DNA from: Candidatus Nomurabacteria bacterium
GTDB taxonomy: Bacteria > Patescibacteriota > Saccharimonadia > Saccharimonadales > VXPC01
Direction: 5' to 3'
Assembly (NCBI GenBank): GCA_020631905.1
Contig: JACKGQ010000001.1
Location: 549,854 to 613,853, forward strand
Length of the DNA: 64,000 bases
Shown here: piece by piece, positions 38,503 to 47,364 of the stretch
How positions within the stretch are numbered: position 1 is the first letter of the stretch
Layout: every line of letters starts with the position of its first letter
Notes under the pieces: model-generated
The model's input: only the letters and a program-made list of their open reading frames with translations
Database searches by the model: none
What the model was told of the DNA's origin: nothing
Translations under genes and position numbers: made by a program

Positions 38503-39483
38503 ATGCAAAATATACCAGAAGTAGTATCACAAGGTTTTTACGAAGACGGAATTTCTAAGGTCGAAGCGCTTTCGGGCGGAATAGTTAATTTATCGCTACT
38601 GGTGACAGATAAGCTCGGACAAAGAAGCGTTCTACAGCGGCTTAGCCCAATATTTGATGAGCGGGTTGTCGGCGACACAGCAGTGGTTACGAATTATCTG
38701 AAACAGCGTGGTTGGGAGGTGCCGGTACCTTTACTGGCTTATGGCTCACAGTGCGTTGTGCAAGACGAAAGCGATAACTTATGGCGAAGTTCTAGTTACA
38801 TTAGTTGTGATCGTTCAACTCCCAAGGGTGAGCCAGAGGTGGCGATTGCTTTGGCTAGTCTTTTAGGCAAATTTCACGCCGATCTGGCTGAGTTAGACTC
38901 TACGCCCTCTTTCCATATTCCGAATTTTCATGATATCGACTACCACATCGGGCGATTATCGCTTACAGTCGAGAATCCAGAGATTGACTGGCACACACGC
39001 GAACTGGCCGAATGGGCAATTAGGGCTAGTAACGAGCTGGGTCGAGTCGAAGGCGAAGCTCAAGTGATTCATGGCGATCCCAAAACTCAAAACGCATTAT
39101 ATCGAGCTGGCCAGCCATTCACATTTATCGACTTTGATACATTGATGATTGGGTCGCCAATGGTTGATCTGGGAGATTTGCTGCGCTCATTGATTGGAAG
39201 TCGTCGAAGCGACTCTAAACCTATGAGCAACGCAGAAATAATCGAGGTCATTACGGCATACTTTATATCGGCTGGCCGCCCAATCGACATCGAAAAGGCC
39301 TTGAAAGCAGCCAGGATTATTAGCTTAGAGCTGTGTGCACGTTTTATTAACGATATTGTCGATGATATATATTTTGAGTGGGACAGCACCAGATTTAAGT
39401 CGCGCGCTGAGCACAACGCCCACCGAGCTAGGAAGCAGCTAAAAACCTACAAATCCATAAGCAAACTTGCTGGCGAGGTTTGA
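38503..39483 (+). CDS. Aminoglycoside/choline-kinase-like phosphotransferase (APH family)
   Basis: VIHGDPKTQNALY (HxDxxxxN) and FIDFDTL (DFD) motifs. Start moved to ATG 38503 (AAGAAGGA SD 5 nt upstream). Confidence 0.7.
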   Translation: MQNIPEVVSQGFYEDGISKVEALSGGIVNLSLLVTDKLGQRSVLQRLSPIFDERVVGDTAVVTNYLKQRGWEVPVPLLAYGSQCVVQDESDNLWRSSSYISCDRSTPKGEPEVAIALASLLGKFHADLAELDSTPSFHIPNFHDIDYHIGRLSLTVENPEIDWHTRELAEWAIRASNELGRVEGEAQVIHGDPKTQNALYRAGQPFTFIDFDTLMIGSPMVDLGDLLRSLIGSRRSDSKPMSNAEIIEVITAYFISAGRPIDIEKALKAARIISLELCARFINDIVDDIYFEWDSTRFKSRAEHNAHRARKQLKTYKSISKLAGEV

Positions 39484-39504
39484 AGATATGGACTTTTGGA
39501 TAGT

Positions 39505-40638
39505 TCATACAGTGGTTAAGCGCCTTAAATTGGTACGACCAACTATATCGATATATGCCTGAACTAAAGCCGCCTCGGCCTCTTTAAGTTGCAACTTGTA
39601 GAGATGCTCTGCTTCGTGGTTTCTGGCTGGCAGACGGTTGATAGCTGCCCTAGCCCGTTGGCCGTGGGTGCGATTTAAACCAGGGTCGATTTGCTCAATG
39701 TGCAGTGGATTGCAACAACGAGGGTAGTTGCATAGATGATTACGCTCTAGCTCGGGAATCAGCGTGTGCCCAGTTAACTCCCAGATTAGAATATGGGCTA
39801 GCACACTCCCCCTTCGGTAGCCCTGAGTGATTTCGCCAGTATTCAGATTTATGGATCTTGACTTTTCCCTGGCGTACATAACGCCATAGCCATTTTTAGT
39901 ATTCGCTAAACCTTGGGTGTTGGTCTCGTAAACCGCTGCTTGCCAGCAACCCGTTATCGGGTGAACTTTTATTTGCGACATAGGAGTTGAGCTTAACAGC
40001 GAATCTTCGTAATCGACAAACGGGTAATTAAGATATTGAAAATCTATAAAGTAGCGTAAAGAATCAATTACTGGCGGTAATGTATCTCCCCAGATTGTTT
40101 CGATGCTACCATCTGGCTGAAGTAGATACCAATCGGGATTGAGCTCAACAGGCTTTTGGGTGTACATCTTCTTACCGAAGTCAAAATTATAGTGCCGGGC
40201 ATTATAGCAACGATCGTTACCACAAATCCGTACAGAATCGACTTCACCAACAGGAGTCATGCATGGCAGACCAGTTTCAAGCTCGGCAGTCAAAAGTGCA
40301 TATTCGACTGGCTGTTGCTGGCCTCTTAAACCGTTTTCGATACATCCATCATTGTTTAAACTTGAGCGACCCAATACCAAAAACAGTTTGTTTAATCTGG
40401 CTTCGATATCTGGTGTATGGTTTTTGCCAAGCATAAAAGCTAAGCGTTGTATGTCTTTTTCAAGCTCTGTTTCGGCTACAAATGCGGGTAATAACCAGAG
40501 TGGACTAGCTTCGCTGACAACAAAAGAGCCTAGTACTGGTGCGACTTTCTCGACTATTAAACGTGAACCACTCGATTCGACTGATTTAGCATGATACAAA
40601 CCCTTTCGCGTATGAGCTGGCAATAGACCCGGTAACAT
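39505..40638 (-). CDS. Hypothetical protein with HNH_3-type (homing-endonuclease-like) nuclease motif(s)
   Basis: 377 aa. C-terminal HLCNYPRCCNPLHIE matches the HxCxNxxCxNPxHL HNH_3 signature. A degenerate second copy is ICGNDRCYNARHY. Confidence 0.5.
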   Translation of the reverse strand: MLPGLLPAHTRKGLYHAKSVESSGSRLIVEKVAPVLGSFVVSEASPLWLLPAFVAETELEKDIQRLAFMLGKNHTPDIEARLNKLFLVLGRSSLNNDGCIENGLRGQQQPVEYALLTAELETGLPCMTPVGEVDSVRICGNDRCYNARHYNFDFGKKMYTQKPVELNPDWYLLQPDGSIETIWGDTLPPVIDSLRYFIDFQYLNYPFVDYEDSLLSSTPMSQIKVHPITGCWQAAVYETNTQGLANTKNGYGVMYAREKSRSINLNTGEITQGYRRGSVLAHILIWELTGHTLIPELERNHLCNYPRCCNPLHIEQIDPGLNRTHGQRARAAINRLPARNHEAEHLYKLQLKEAEAALVQAYIDIVGRTNLRRLTTV

Positions 40639-40685
40639 CCCTAGAGAATATCAGAAAGGTCTGCGCATAACACAAGCTTGTTAGA

Positions 40686-41426
40686 CTATAGAACTTGCCA
40701 AAGGTTTTCGAATAATAATCGTTGCATATTGGCGACTCCCTCGTCTTCGGTAATAGTACCGTAACTGTGTTTAGTTGCGGTTAGGCCAATTATTGCTACC
40801 TTTGAGCCATAAATAATCGTGTAACTGCTTGGGCTCGAAGCTTTTGCTGGTAACCACTTTCGGTTGGCGATAACTGGGGTATCGCCACCTTCGCCAACCG
40901 CAATTACGTCTACATGGATACCCTTTTCGATTCGCTGCTTGGTAAAACTAGGAAACTTTTTATATAGATATTCGCGCATCGGCTTAGAAGATATTACTTG
41001 GTAGTTTTTATTGGATAACTTTTCGACGGTTGTAAGCACATCGCGCAGGATTACTGCTAATCCATCGGCACCTTCGTAAAAACGGACATTACTGGCGACA
41101 ATTTTACTTGTGCGTTGCTTTAGTTTTGGCAGTAGAGCTATGGTATCTTTGGCTAGCCCGTTTAGTTCGTTACGTTTATGTTGGATGATCTCGATAATTT
41201 TTTCTGGCTCTTCGGCAAAGTAACGCTTTTGTTTGCCTTTCTGGGTAAAACTTATCAGACCTTCTTTCTCGAGAAGCTTGATTGATTCGTAGACCGAACC
41301 TCGGTTAATCTTGGTGAGTTCGGCGATTTGTCGAATCGAGCTTGGTCCTGCCGCAAGTAATCCTTCGTAGACACTTGTGTCTCGCCGGCTTAAGTTTATA
41401 TCGCTTAAATCTAAAATATTTTTCAT
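40686..41426 (-). CDS. TrmB-family transcriptional regulator
   Basis: 246 aa. N-terminal winged HTH (LSRRDTSVYEGLLAAGPSSIRQIAELTKINRGSVYESIKLLEKEGLI) plus a C-terminal TrmB-like domain. Confidence 0.7.
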   Translation of the reverse strand: MKNILDLSDINLSRRDTSVYEGLLAAGPSSIRQIAELTKINRGSVYESIKLLEKEGLISFTQKGKQKRYFAEEPEKIIEIIQHKRNELNGLAKDTIALLPKLKQRTSKIVASNVRFYEGADGLAVILRDVLTTVEKLSNKNYQVISSKPMREYLYKKFPSFTKQRIEKGIHVDVIAVGEGGDTPVIANRKWLPAKASSPSSYTIIYGSKVAIIGLTATKHSYGTITEDEGVANMQRLLFENLWQVL

Positions 41427-41664
41427 GGTAGTGAATATACTGACAATTATACCACAACACTAAAAAATATTGTCAAAATATATCAGCCACCTAGAAAGTA
41501 AAGCGAACATATAAGAGTATCCGACATAAGCAGTATTGTATTGCAAAAGCATGCATGTTATAATATAGTGTTGTTTCTGATGAATCCGATAAGTAATAGA
41601 GTAATTCGATTTTCATTGTAGACAATCGATGCACAAACTTACTAAAAGAAGGATTCATTTTTTT

Positions 41665-42876
41665 ATGTCTAAAAAAATTGTTTATAGTTCAAGGCGCAAT
41701 AGCGCGCGTGGCCGAAATAATCGGTCTAACGGCTATCGCCAGCCTCAACAACGAAGCCGACAACCTAAGAAGGCTTACATTCACCCATCCAAATTTATTG
41801 CCAAAGCCAAACCTCAGGCACATTTAGAGTACAACCCAAAGCATAACTTTGCCGACTTACCTATCAAGGAGCTTGTTAAGCAGAATCTTGAGGCTATGGG
41901 CTTTATCAAACCTAGCATTATTCAAGATCAGACTATTCCGGCCGCCTTGCAAGGTAAAGACGTAATCGGCATTGCCGACACCGGTACTGGTAAAACAGCT
42001 GCCTTTGCTGTGCCAATGCTCGAACGTTTACTTTCTAATAAAATGAGTAAAGCGATCATTTTGGCTCCTACTAGAGAGCTAGCCCAGCAGATTGAACACG
42101 AGTGCTACAAGATATCAAAGGGTAGTAATCTTAAATCTGCAGTTTTGATAGGTGGAGCATCGATGGGACTGCAACTTCGCCAGCTCAAACAAAACCCAAG
42201 AATTATTATTGGTACACCAGGCAGAACCAAGGATCACCTCGAACGCGGTACTCTAGATTTGTCTGACTTCGATATTACTGTTCTCGACGAGGTCGACCGT
42301 ATGTTAGATATGGGTTTTGTGCACGATATCAGCCAGATCCTGAAGTTAACCAGCCCAAATCGGCAGAGTTTTTACTTCTCGGCAACTCTAGACGAGCGGG
42401 TGCGTTCGATTATTGAGAGTTTCTCGAAAGATCCAGTTTATGTATCTGTAAAATCAGGCGATACTAGCAGTAATGTCGAGCAAGACATTGTCAGCTATAG
42501 CTCTGACATGGAAAAGCTGGAGAAGTTGCACAACCTACTCTTACTAGAATCTGTAACTAAAACCGTCGTATTCGACGATACTAAACGGAGTGTCGATAGA
42601 CTGTCTAGAGCACTAGAAGAACGCGGGATTGCTTCGAGTGCGATTCATGGTGGCAAGACCCAGTCTCAGCGCCAGCGGATCTTAAGAAGCTTTAAAAACA
42701 ACGAAATCACCGTTCTGGTTGCGACCGATGTAGCTGCCCGTGGCTTAGACGTAGCCGACGTCTCGCACGTGATTAACTATTCAACCCCGCAGAGCTACGA
42801 AGACTACGTTCATCGGATTGGTCGTACCGGCCGAGCCAATAAAATTGGCTACGCACTGACTTTTATCGAAGCCTAG
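41665..42876 (+). CDS. DEAD-box RNA helicase
   Basis: Q-motif region, AxTGTGKT, PTRELA, DEVD (a DEAD variant), SAT and HRIGRTGR. The start is ambiguous: ATG 41665 after AAGAAGGA, or ATG 41629. Confidence 0.85.
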   Translation: MSKKIVYSSRRNSARGRNNRSNGYRQPQQRSRQPKKAYIHPSKFIAKAKPQAHLEYNPKHNFADLPIKELVKQNLEAMGFIKPSIIQDQTIPAALQGKDVIGIADTGTGKTAAFAVPMLERLLSNKMSKAIILAPTRELAQQIEHECYKISKGSNLKSAVLIGGASMGLQLRQLKQNPRIIIGTPGRTKDHLERGTLDLSDFDITVLDEVDRMLDMGFVHDISQILKLTSPNRQSFYFSATLDERVRSIIESFSKDPVYVSVKSGDTSSNVEQDIVSYSSDMEKLEKLHNLLLLESVTKTVVFDDTKRSVDRLSRALEERGIASSAIHGGKTQSQRQRILRSFKNNEITVLVATDVAARGLDVADVSHVINYSTPQSYEDYVHRIGRTGRANKIGYALTFIEA

Positions 42877-43044
42877 ATGACAAGATTCTGAACCCAGCGT
42901 CGGGGCTAGATTTTGTCTAGAACAGACTAAATCCCCCTGAAGCCACAAAAGTCTCGGGGGATCAGGCTAGTGACTGTATTTAATTGCTTTGAATATATAA
43001 CAGCCGCATAGCTACTAGATACTTAATTACATCTGTACAAGCAG

Positions 43045-43806
43045 CTAATATCCCATTCCTTCAAGTTGTTCTGGGCTCATACCGTTAGCCATAAAGTGAA
43101 CGTAACCAAAATGGCCAAGTAACTCCAAGCTGGAGTCGTCGGTAATTACATGACCTGCTGATCTGCAATAAGCCGAAGCCATTGCAGTGCGCTCTCCATC
43201 ATCAACGGCCCATTTAGTAATAATTCGTCCACATATTCTGAGAATCGCACCTTGACTTCCTTCTGTATCCAGAATACCAAGTCTGTCGGTGTATCGACGC
43301 TTTAAATACGGATCGATGTCAACAAGAACAGCTTTTGATGTCGTGGGATCAACTGCAAATGCATCAGTTAGGAATACTTGAGAGGCTGGCATGTAATCGG
43401 GATGTGATGTAAGTAATCTACCCATGCTGCCGGCAAGTTCGACTTTTGCTGCGAAAGGCAATGTCATTATATCCGTATCTATACCCAGGCTGCCCAAGTA
43501 CTTAGCCACAATGACTCGCTGCTTACCAGATCGTAGTGTTGACTCAATTAATGCACAATCAACAATCTCTAACCCAGCTGCTTCAAACATATACGCGAAT
43601 GCTTCGAAAGCTTCTTCAAATTTAACACCAACCTGTTCAATTTCTTTTACAGCATCGGGCATATATATTCGGCGCACAAATTCGACACCTTCATCTCTGA
43701 CTAATTCGACCAGCTTTCCACCCCTATTACTAAATACTTCGACTGTCTCGGCATCCATTGCTCGTTCAAGTGTAAAATCTGCGAATTCTTCAGTACCGAC
43801 TGCCAT
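43045..43806 (-). CDS. Hypothetical protein, small kinase-fold-like
   Basis: 253 aa. SHPDYMPASQVFL...VLVDIDPYL loosely resembles the HxD...DxD loops of small kinase folds. Weak. Confidence 0.35.
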   Translation of the reverse strand: MAVGTEEFADFTLERAMDAETVEVFSNRGGKLVELVRDEGVEFVRRIYMPDAVKEIEQVGVKFEEAFEAFAYMFEAAGLEIVDCALIESTLRSGKQRVIVAKYLGSLGIDTDIMTLPFAAKVELAGSMGRLLTSHPDYMPASQVFLTDAFAVDPTTSKAVLVDIDPYLKRRYTDRLGILDTEGSQGAILRICGRIITKWAVDDGERTAMASAYCRSAGHVITDDSSLELLGHFGYVHFMANGMSPEQLEGMGY

Positions 43807-44000
43807 AGTTACCTCAAATTAAATTTGATACATTATCACTATTGTTTATGGCAATAGCAAGCACAAGCAAATTACAAATAAGTTTGTAGTAAAAGAAGAT
43901 GCTAACGATTTTTTACTCGGGGACAGTATGAACGCACAATGGCATTCTAGCTAAAGCTATGATGCCATCTACTAACTTTTGTACAAATTATAAATTTGAC

Positions 44001-44026
44001 AAAAGTCGAGCTGCCTAGGGGCTCGA
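44001..44026 (-). terminator. Intrinsic terminator downstream of tRNA-Gln
   Basis: Minus sense: UCGAGC-cccuaggca-GCUCGA followed by CUUUUGUC (stem 44006-44011/44021-44026). Confidence 0.55.
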
Positions 44027-44085
44027 ATCCTCTCGCTGGGCGAGAAAACAAAAAGACCTAGGATAAACCTAGATCTTCTTGTTTC

Positions 44086-44159
44086 TGGCTCGGGGACAGG
44101 GATTCGAACCCCGGCTACTGGGACCAAAACCCAGCGTCCTACCACTAGACGATCCCCGA
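44086..44159 (-). tRNA. tRNA-Gln (anticodon UUG), CCA encoded
   Basis: Hand-folded cloverleaf: acceptor TCGGGGA/TCCCCGA, D-arm GTCT-AGTGGTA-GGAC, anticodon arm CTGGG-TTTTGGT-CCCAG (anticodon TTG), T-arm CGGGG-TTCGAAT-CCCTG, discriminator G, CCA. Confidence 0.9.
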
Positions 44160-44225
44160 CCGTCTGACTAATGTCGAATAGCGCCTGCGATTATACCATC
44201 TGTTGAACCGAATAGAAATAGTGGC

Positions 44226-45128
44226 TTAAGCTGCAAAGCCATGGTATTCGTGAAGATAGATCGAAGCAATCGTAATTCTTAGTACTATGTACTCACCTTT
44301 GTTGAGCTGAGCCACTGGTGGGATAACGCCTTCTGGCAATAGTTTTTCATTGCCAATAAATTCGCTTAGTTTTTGTTGAGCTAATGAATAGTCTGTTTCT
44401 CGATCGGCATGCCCGCGTATGTGCATTGTCGATAAGCTACTCTTTTCTGAAATCGTTATACTTACTTTGTTGTTGTTGGCCGTATTTTTCGCAGTCGGGG
44501 TTGAGTCTCTGGTTATCACATGCAAAATACTCGGGTCACCTGAATCGCAGAAGTAGAATACGGTAGCCCCATAAGGATAGCCGTCGCTCCCGAAAGATGA
44601 AATAACCGCCAAATTATTTCTATGAATAAAATTTAACTCGGGGTCGTTTGGGACTGCTGCCTCAATACTATCGGGATTACTTGGCTTAGCGACTGTTGTA
44701 GTTTTATTGTTTGTACCGCCGCGAGCTGCCAAAACTTGCCTTTCGAGTGAATTTACAAAGATTCTGGCGCATTTCTGGTTTACGTAACTAAAGTCGAATG
44801 TCTTTGGGCCAGCGAAGACTGTAACCTTGGCGTAGAGTAGACCAAAGTCGACGTGGATGTCTCCAATTAGGTGGTAAGGCATTTCGTCGGCTACGACATG
44901 AAACGGCTTGACATCTATAAACTGTAGTTTTAGATCCGTCACAAGTAACATTGCCGAGCTGCCATTATGTGTGCCGTATATTGCGCCTAAGATATGCTCG
45001 TTGTCGCCGATTATTTTTGGTAGATGATCAACCTCACTCTTTAGTCGACCGTACCTTGTTACGCCCGCCAAACGTAGTTCTGCTGATATTCTTTTGGTTT
45101 TGACTGGGTCGATTGATTTGTCGGCCAT
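44226..45128 (-). CDS. Bacterial PH-domain + pyridoxamine-5'-phosphate-oxidase-like (FMN-binding split barrel) fusion protein
   Basis: 300 aa. The N-terminal half resembles bPH_2 domains (...ILGAIYGTHNGSSAMLLVTDLKLQFID...) and the C-terminal half the PNPOx-like fold (...GATVFYFCDSGDPSILHVITRDSTPTAKN...). Pattern-level only. Confidence 0.4.
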   Translation of the reverse strand: MADKSIDPVKTKRISAELRLAGVTRYGRLKSEVDHLPKIIGDNEHILGAIYGTHNGSSAMLLVTDLKLQFIDVKPFHVVADEMPYHLIGDIHVDFGLLYAKVTVFAGPKTFDFSYVNQKCARIFVNSLERQVLAARGGTNNKTTTVAKPSNPDSIEAAVPNDPELNFIHRNNLAVISSFGSDGYPYGATVFYFCDSGDPSILHVITRDSTPTAKNTANNNKVSITISEKSSLSTMHIRGHADRETDYSLAQQKLSEFIGNEKLLPEGVIPPVAQLNKGEYIVLRITIASIYLHEYHGFAA

Positions 45129-45138
45129 AGGATACCTC

Positions 45139-46152
45139 CTATTTATATTTAAATATATCCATTAAAGTATCTGCAGAAATATTATCGGGTTCTGAATCTA
45201 TAAGCTCATCAAGTTCTTTCTTGATAGCAGACTGACTTAAATTCTTACCAATTACAACTAGTTGAGTTAAAGGGGTTTCGTGGCCTGCCCATTCATCCAG
45301 CTTGAGCTCGTAACGCGTGCCAACAGCCTGGAAAATATATTTTTGTCCAACGCCTTTCATTCCAAAGTAACATATACCTTTGGCTCTAAAAATATCATCA
45401 CCTAACTTACCGGCCCATGCTTCGAATTTGTCGGGATTGAGCGGTTTAACAGTTGTAAAACTGACCGAGCTGAATGACTCATGTAAATGTTCGTGATCGT
45501 GGTCGTTCGAGCCATTGGTAAGTTTCAGTTGTCTTGTATTGTTGAGCGGCAAATCGCTATTTAACAGCAATCTAGGATCAACCTGTCCTTGCTCAGCCCG
45601 GACAACTTTTGCTTGCGGAGACGCAAAGTTGATTGTAGAAATTATCTCGTCTAATGCTTTTTGTGTTACAAGGTCGACTTTGTTAATGATTACGATATCT
45701 GCCAGATTTAGGTTTGCTAGTGCGCTTGTGTGGACTTTATTGTTTTTGGCAAAGTTTGCTGCATCGACAACAGTAATAACGCTATCAAAGTGCGCATAAC
45801 GGTTGCGCATCAACCGTAGCATGTTTGCTAAATCTTTTGGCTCGGCTAGGCCGGAGGCCTCGATTACGATATAGTCGAGAGTACTCCCCTTGTAGGCCAG
45901 TTGGCTGATTGCATCATCCAATTCGCCGTCATCTACGCTACAACATATGCAACCGTTAGTTAGCTCGAGCTGAGTATCTGTTTGGGCACTGACTAATAGT
46001 GAGTCTATGTTTATGTCGCCGAAATCATTAACAATCACTCCGATTTTTAAGCCATGATTTTGCTTGAGTAGGTAGTTTAGGACCGATGTTTTACCTGCAC
46101 CCAAAAACCCAGTCAATAAGACGATCGGAATCGAATGGGTGCGATTTATCAT
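45139..46152 (-). CDS. COG0523 (CobW/YjiA/ZigA-type) metallochaperone GTPase
   Basis: 337 aa. Walker A GFLGAGKTS, CICCS metal-binding motif, His-rich linker (NDHDHEHLHE), and a CobW C-terminal domain. Confidence 0.85.
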   Translation of the reverse strand: MINRTHSIPIVLLTGFLGAGKTSVLNYLLKQNHGLKIGVIVNDFGDINIDSLLVSAQTDTQLELTNGCICCSVDDGELDDAISQLAYKGSTLDYIVIEASGLAEPKDLANMLRLMRNRYAHFDSVITVVDAANFAKNNKVHTSALANLNLADIVIINKVDLVTQKALDEIISTINFASPQAKVVRAEQGQVDPRLLLNSDLPLNNTRQLKLTNGSNDHDHEHLHESFSSVSFTTVKPLNPDKFEAWAGKLGDDIFRAKGICYFGMKGVGQKYIFQAVGTRYELKLDEWAGHETPLTQLVVIGKNLSQSAIKKELDELIDSEPDNISADTLMDIFKYK

Positions 46153-46200
46153 AAACCTATTGTACCCCTGTTTAGATAGGAACGAAAGTCGTCTTGGTGT

Positions 46201-47271
46201 ATGATAATGTCAATGAATAAATCGAATAATAAGATTACAATCGAATTAGATATTCGTACGGTTGCTAAAGTCACTTTGCTCGTAATTGGTTTGTTATTGT
46301 TCCTAAAACTAATTGACTCTCTTCTACCCACGCTCACTCTAATTGGTGTGGCTGTATTCTTGTCGATCGCGCTGAATCCTGCTGTCCGAAAAATTGCCCA
46401 TATGCTACCGAGCAAAAGCCGTAAAATCGCTACCGGTGTAGCCTTCTTCCTAGTAGTTGGATTTCTGAGTTTATTCTTTAGTATAACGATTCCACCAGTG
46501 GCCAAGCAAATTAGCTCGTTCGCAAGTGATTTGCCGCAGACAGTAGAGAATTTTAGGTCTCAAGATAATTTCTTGAGTAGGACTGTGGCTAGATACCAAT
46601 TGGAAGACGATATCAGCCAGGCCGCAAAAGATATTGCTTCGCGAGTATCATCAAGCAACGATGTAGTCGGTGCTGTTAACAAACTGACCACAACCGTTGT
46701 TCGAACCGTAGCCGTTTTAATAATGACATTTATGATGCTAGTTGAAGGTCCTGAGTGGGTGCGCAAAGGCTGGGCTCTAACCGATAAAAAGAAACTTGGT
46801 CGCAGGCAGAAGTTGGTCAAATCTATGGAAGAAGTCGTTACTGGCTATGTTAACGGGCAACTACTAATCTCGGCCATCGCCGCGTCAATCGCTTTAATAT
46901 TTATGTTGATAATTGGTACACCAGATGCTTTAGCCAAGGCTGGGATCGTAGCTGTTTTTGGGCTTATTCCACTAATTGGCTCGGCAATATCTGCAGCGAT
47001 TATCGTCCTGTCGACTTTGCTTGTGAACGTTAAGATCGCGTTAATACTTGCTGTTTACTTTCTGGTGTATCAACAGATCGAGAATGCAACAATCCAACCC
47101 TATATTCAAGGCAGGCGTAGTTCACTAACAGCTTTAACAGTGTTCTTGGCAGCCTTAATCGGTGCTAGCCTCGCAGGTTTGTTTGGCGCATTAGTGGCTG
47201 TACCAGTAGCAGGTTGCAGCAAAGTGCTCTTGGACGATTATCTAGAACAACGCAAAACCAGTCGCGCCTGA
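46201..47271 (+). CDS. AI-2E family transporter (PerM/UPF0118)
   Basis: 356 aa polytopic protein. The C-terminal ...VYQQIENATIQPYIQGRR... motif is typical of the family. Confidence 0.8.
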   Translation: MIMSMNKSNNKITIELDIRTVAKVTLLVIGLLLFLKLIDSLLPTLTLIGVAVFLSIALNPAVRKIAHMLPSKSRKIATGVAFFLVVGFLSLFFSITIPPVAKQISSFASDLPQTVENFRSQDNFLSRTVARYQLEDDISQAAKDIASRVSSSNDVVGAVNKLTTTVVRTVAVLIMTFMMLVEGPEWVRKGWALTDKKKLGRRQKLVKSMEEVVTGYVNGQLLISAIAASIALIFMLIIGTPDALAKAGIVAVFGLIPLIGSAISAAIIVLSTLLVNVKIALILAVYFLVYQQIENATIQPYIQGRRSSLTALTVFLAALIGASLAGLFGALVAVPVAGCSKVLLDDYLEQRKTSRA

Positions 47272-47364
47272 GTTTTGTTGGACTAAATGTGAAATGCTGC
47301 AATAACTATGGCCATTTTTGGCAGACATCGTTTAAATAGTAGCCTTATTAAATACAGCTCACTG

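Noticed and set aside
44001-44045. GGATTCGAGCC string resembling a tRNA T-arm (possible second tRNA or pseudo-tRNA)
   Set aside because: No cloverleaf can be drawn, because the T-stem and acceptor do not pair. The sequence instead forms the UCGAGC/GCUCGA terminator hairpin plus U-tract that follows tRNA-Gln.
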